A DNA stretch of 64,000 bases. Source: Eledone cirrhosa. Its lineage: Eukaryota. Below the pieces are notes generated by a model. That model was not told the origin of the DNA. It did not search any database and worked only from the letters and a program-made list of their open reading frames with translations. How positions within the stretch are numbered: the stretch's first letter is position 1; each line of letters starts with the position of its first letter. Shown one piece after another: positions 62,060-64,000 of the stretch. A program made the position numbers and the translations under genes. Location of the stretch: contig OZ024741.1 in assembly GCA_964016885.1 (NCBI GenBank), positions 114,018,001 through 114,082,000 on the forward strand. Direction: 5' to 3'.

Positions 62060-62432
62060 CACTTGAAGCATTGATGAATAGGAAAAACAAATTTAAATTT
62101 TGAAAACCAAGTTGAGGGCCTTTGAACCCCAGGCTATTGCAATAGCTGCTCCTGATTCTAGATGTGGAAGACGGGACCTTTGGTACCACACAGTGACATC
62201 CTGTTCGAGAATTGGTCCAGCTCTCGATGCGAAAGTTTGGTCTTAGTCCCCCCCCCCCCAAGGATTTTCCATATGTATATCATTGCATATCTCTCCCGTC
62301 TTCATTCCGAGGAGTAGAGTTTCAGTTCTTTTAGACTCTCCATCGTGACCACCTTCTTGGTGTAGCTTCTTTGGATTGCTTCAAGCTCCATGGTTAGTTT
62401 GATACTATGGGGGTGACCACAGCTGGGAGCAT
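62060..62432 (-). mobile_element. CR1/L2-group LINE C-terminal fragment
   Basis: SQLWSP...ELEAIQRSYTKK...LKELKLYS...RRERY..I.IWKIL. Confidence 0.65.
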
Positions 62433-62904
62433 TCATCATTTCATTTTACGTCCACTTTTTCCCTGCTTGCAAGGGCGGGACGGAAACCGATTCTGGCTTG
62501 ATTTCTACAGCTGGATGCTCTTCCTAACACCAACCTCATTTACAGTGAGTGCTGGGTGATTTTTTCCCGTGGCACCTCCACATCCACTTTACAGTGTGGG
62601 CTGGGTGCTTTTTTTGCCGTGGCACCTCCACAACCACTTTGCAGTGGAATGATAGGGACCCCAGTCCTATCATCTCATTTCTACAGCTGAGTAAACTGGA
62701 GCAATGTGAAATAAAGTGTCTTGCTCAAGGAAACAACACATCACCCGGTGTGAGAATTGAACTCACAACCTTTCGATTGCAAGGCCAATGCTTTCAATAT
62801 GTATGTATATATATATATATATATATATATACTCACACATATATATAAACTAATATATACATACACACATATATATATATATATATATGTGTGTGTATAT
62901 ATTA

Positions 62905-64000
62905 GCCCCCGTTCCATTATCTGGTGGGCTCTTAGAAAACTAGGTGTTGAATGGCTTGTGAGAGCTATACAAGCCATGTATAAAGAAACAGTCAGCAAGG
63001 TTAGAATTAAAACGAATATAGTGAAGAGTTTAGCGTAAAAGTTGGTGTTCATCAGGGCTCCGTTCTTAGCCCCCTACTATTAATTATTGCCCTTCAGGCT
63101 ATAACAGTGGAGTTCAAGACCGGCTGCCCATGGGAACTCCTATACGCAGATGATCTAACGCTCCTAGCTGAATCAATGGCCGAAATAGAGAAGAAATTCC
63201 GAACATGGAAGCATGGCCAAGAATCAAAACGCCTTAAAATTAACCTGTCTAAGACTAAAGTTTTAGTTTGTAGGAAGGAAAATAGGGCGCCAGTCCCATC
63301 CGGGAAATGGCCATGCTCAGTGTGCAGGTAGAAACTCCATTTTATGTCCCAAATGCAAAGTATGGGTGCATAAAAGATGTAGTGGGATCACAGGTAAGCT
63401 AACTAAGAACATAGATTTTATATGTGGCCAGTGCTCTGGTGCAATAAGTAGCAGCAAGTGCCCAAGGAATACTAGCTCATTCCATTGCACAGATGGTTCT
63501 ATAGAAATAGTGGACAGCTTCCGTTACCTGGGCGACAAAATCAGCAGTGGGGGAGGGTGCTCTGAAAGTACAGTACCTAGAGTCAGAACTGGATGGAAAA
63601 AGTTCAGAGAGCTTATACCACTATTAGCCGCTAAATGGTTCTCCCTAAAAATGAAAGGCAGGCTGTATGATGCCTGCATATGAACAGCAATGTTACATGA
63701 CAGTGAGACCTGGGCATTGTGTGCAGAGGATATACGCAGACTGGAGAGGAACGAAGCTTGCATGCTCCGCTGGATGTGTAATAGTAATATATGTGAACGG
63801 CAAAGCATAAACGAACTAAGGGAAAAATTAGAAATAAGGGGGATCAGATGTTGTTTACTCGAGAGAAGACTACGTTGGTATGGTCACGTGATGCGCATGA
63901 AAGACGACAGCTGTATAAAAAAGTGCAGGGCAATAAAAATAGACGGTAGCCACGGAGTAGGCAGACCCAGAAAAACCTGGGACGACTTGATAAATTCCGA
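62905..64000 (+). mobile_element. Degenerate RTE LINE (RT C-half to C-terminus), runs off window
   Basis: PRSIIWWALRKLGV, GVHQGSVLSP, WELLYADD, GKWPCSVC, RTGWKKFREL, RRLRWYGHV; same family as 31600-33570. Confidence 0.9.

Overview
AT-rich, repeat-dense metazoan genomic DNA, most likely a coleoid cephalopod (octopod-like SINEs, (TA)n/(CAT)n microsatellites, greatly expanded 18S); the taxon is an inference. One convincing host gene is present: a 5-exon, 154-aa calmodulin-like 4 (CALML4) gene on the minus strand (15643-28285). The rest is a mosaic of SINEs, CR1/L2-, RTE- and CRE-type LINE fragments, MITEs, Helentron-like and Merlin relics. The main structure is a nested one. A decayed Ty3/Gypsy element (LTRs 38124-38509 and 59193-59577, 4-bp TSD, inserted in a SINE) encloses a roughly one-repeat-long rDNA unit on the minus strand (43261-59112: IGS with spacer promoters, ETS, 2.84-kb 18S, ITS1, 5.8S, ITS2, 28S, 3' spacer). 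The left end of that unit is fused to the 3' end of an RTE LINE. Its 28S carries a ~620-bp structured non-coding insert exactly at the R2 retrotransposon target site (AAGG/TAGC), together with a large upstream 28S deletion. All alignments and counts were made by eye; repeat boundaries are approximate.
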